From an uncultured Verrucomicrobiales bacterium (GTDB lineage Bacteria > Verrucomicrobiota > Verrucomicrobiia > Verrucomicrobiales > DEV007): a stretch of DNA of 17,721 bases. Made by a program: the position numbers and the translations under genes. Below the pieces are notes generated by a model, which did no database searches, had not been told where the DNA came from, and saw only the letters and a list, made by a program, of their open reading frames with translations. How positions within the stretch are numbered: the first letter of the stretch is position 1; each line of letters opens with the position of its first letter. The stretch is taken from the NCBI GenBank assembly GCA_938091905.1, contig CALKOM010000204.1, forward strand, positions 1 to 17,721. The letters are read 5' to 3'. Positions 17,583-17,721 of the stretch are shown piece by piece.

Positions 17583-17721
17583 TGGAGGTGGCATCTCGGC
17601 AGTGGCGAGCCGGTCATGGACGCGTTCCCAGAGACTGAACGCGGCTGGGTCAGCAAGATCATCTTTGAGCGCGGCGAAGTTCACGCCGCCTTTCTGAACG
17701 CCCTCGCCGTGGCAGTCGTAG
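17562..17721 (-). pseudogene. Fragment of a planctomycete cytochrome c (PSCyt1-like) domain, as found at the N-terminus of DUF1592-type proteins; begins outside the window
   Basis: Reverse-strand translation: (x)YDCHGEGVQKGGVNFAALKDDLADPAAFSLWERVHDRLATAEMPPPDVAVVP*. It has xxCH (first Cys cut by the window edge), KG, W.RV and EMPP motifs, and stops shortly after EMPP inside sulfatase antisense sequence. Confidence 0.78.

Overview
This is a bacterial window that looks like the PVC superphylum, most likely Verrucomicrobiota (inferred from gene families only). It contains six apparently intact genes: a 1.7-kaa secreted reprolysin-like zinc metalloprotease (Ig-like domains, seven FG-GAP repeats, Verrucomicrobia-type C-terminal domain), a sterol-desaturase/fatty-acid-hydroxylase family protein, an amidohydrolase with a signal peptide, and three exported Cys-type sulfatases. 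Many of the gaps between them hold decayed gene fragments, several joined at deletion junctions. These include an alpha/beta-hydrolase remnant, a PQQ/BamB-like N-terminus abutting an alditol-oxidase remnant, and a ThuA + PVC dehydrogenase-propeller gene with several lesions. At the right end, the 5' part of a fourth sulfatase runs directly into an opposite-strand planctomycete cytochrome-c (PSCyt1-like) fragment. The most distinctive non-coding signal is a pair of related perfect palindromes (TTCGAYT-N3-ARTCGAA) inside a degenerate inverted repeat at about 14285-14433. I saw no rRNA, tRNA, CRISPR array, transposase or defence system, and no clearly new multi-gene system. Family assignments come from motif recognition by eye, not from database searches.
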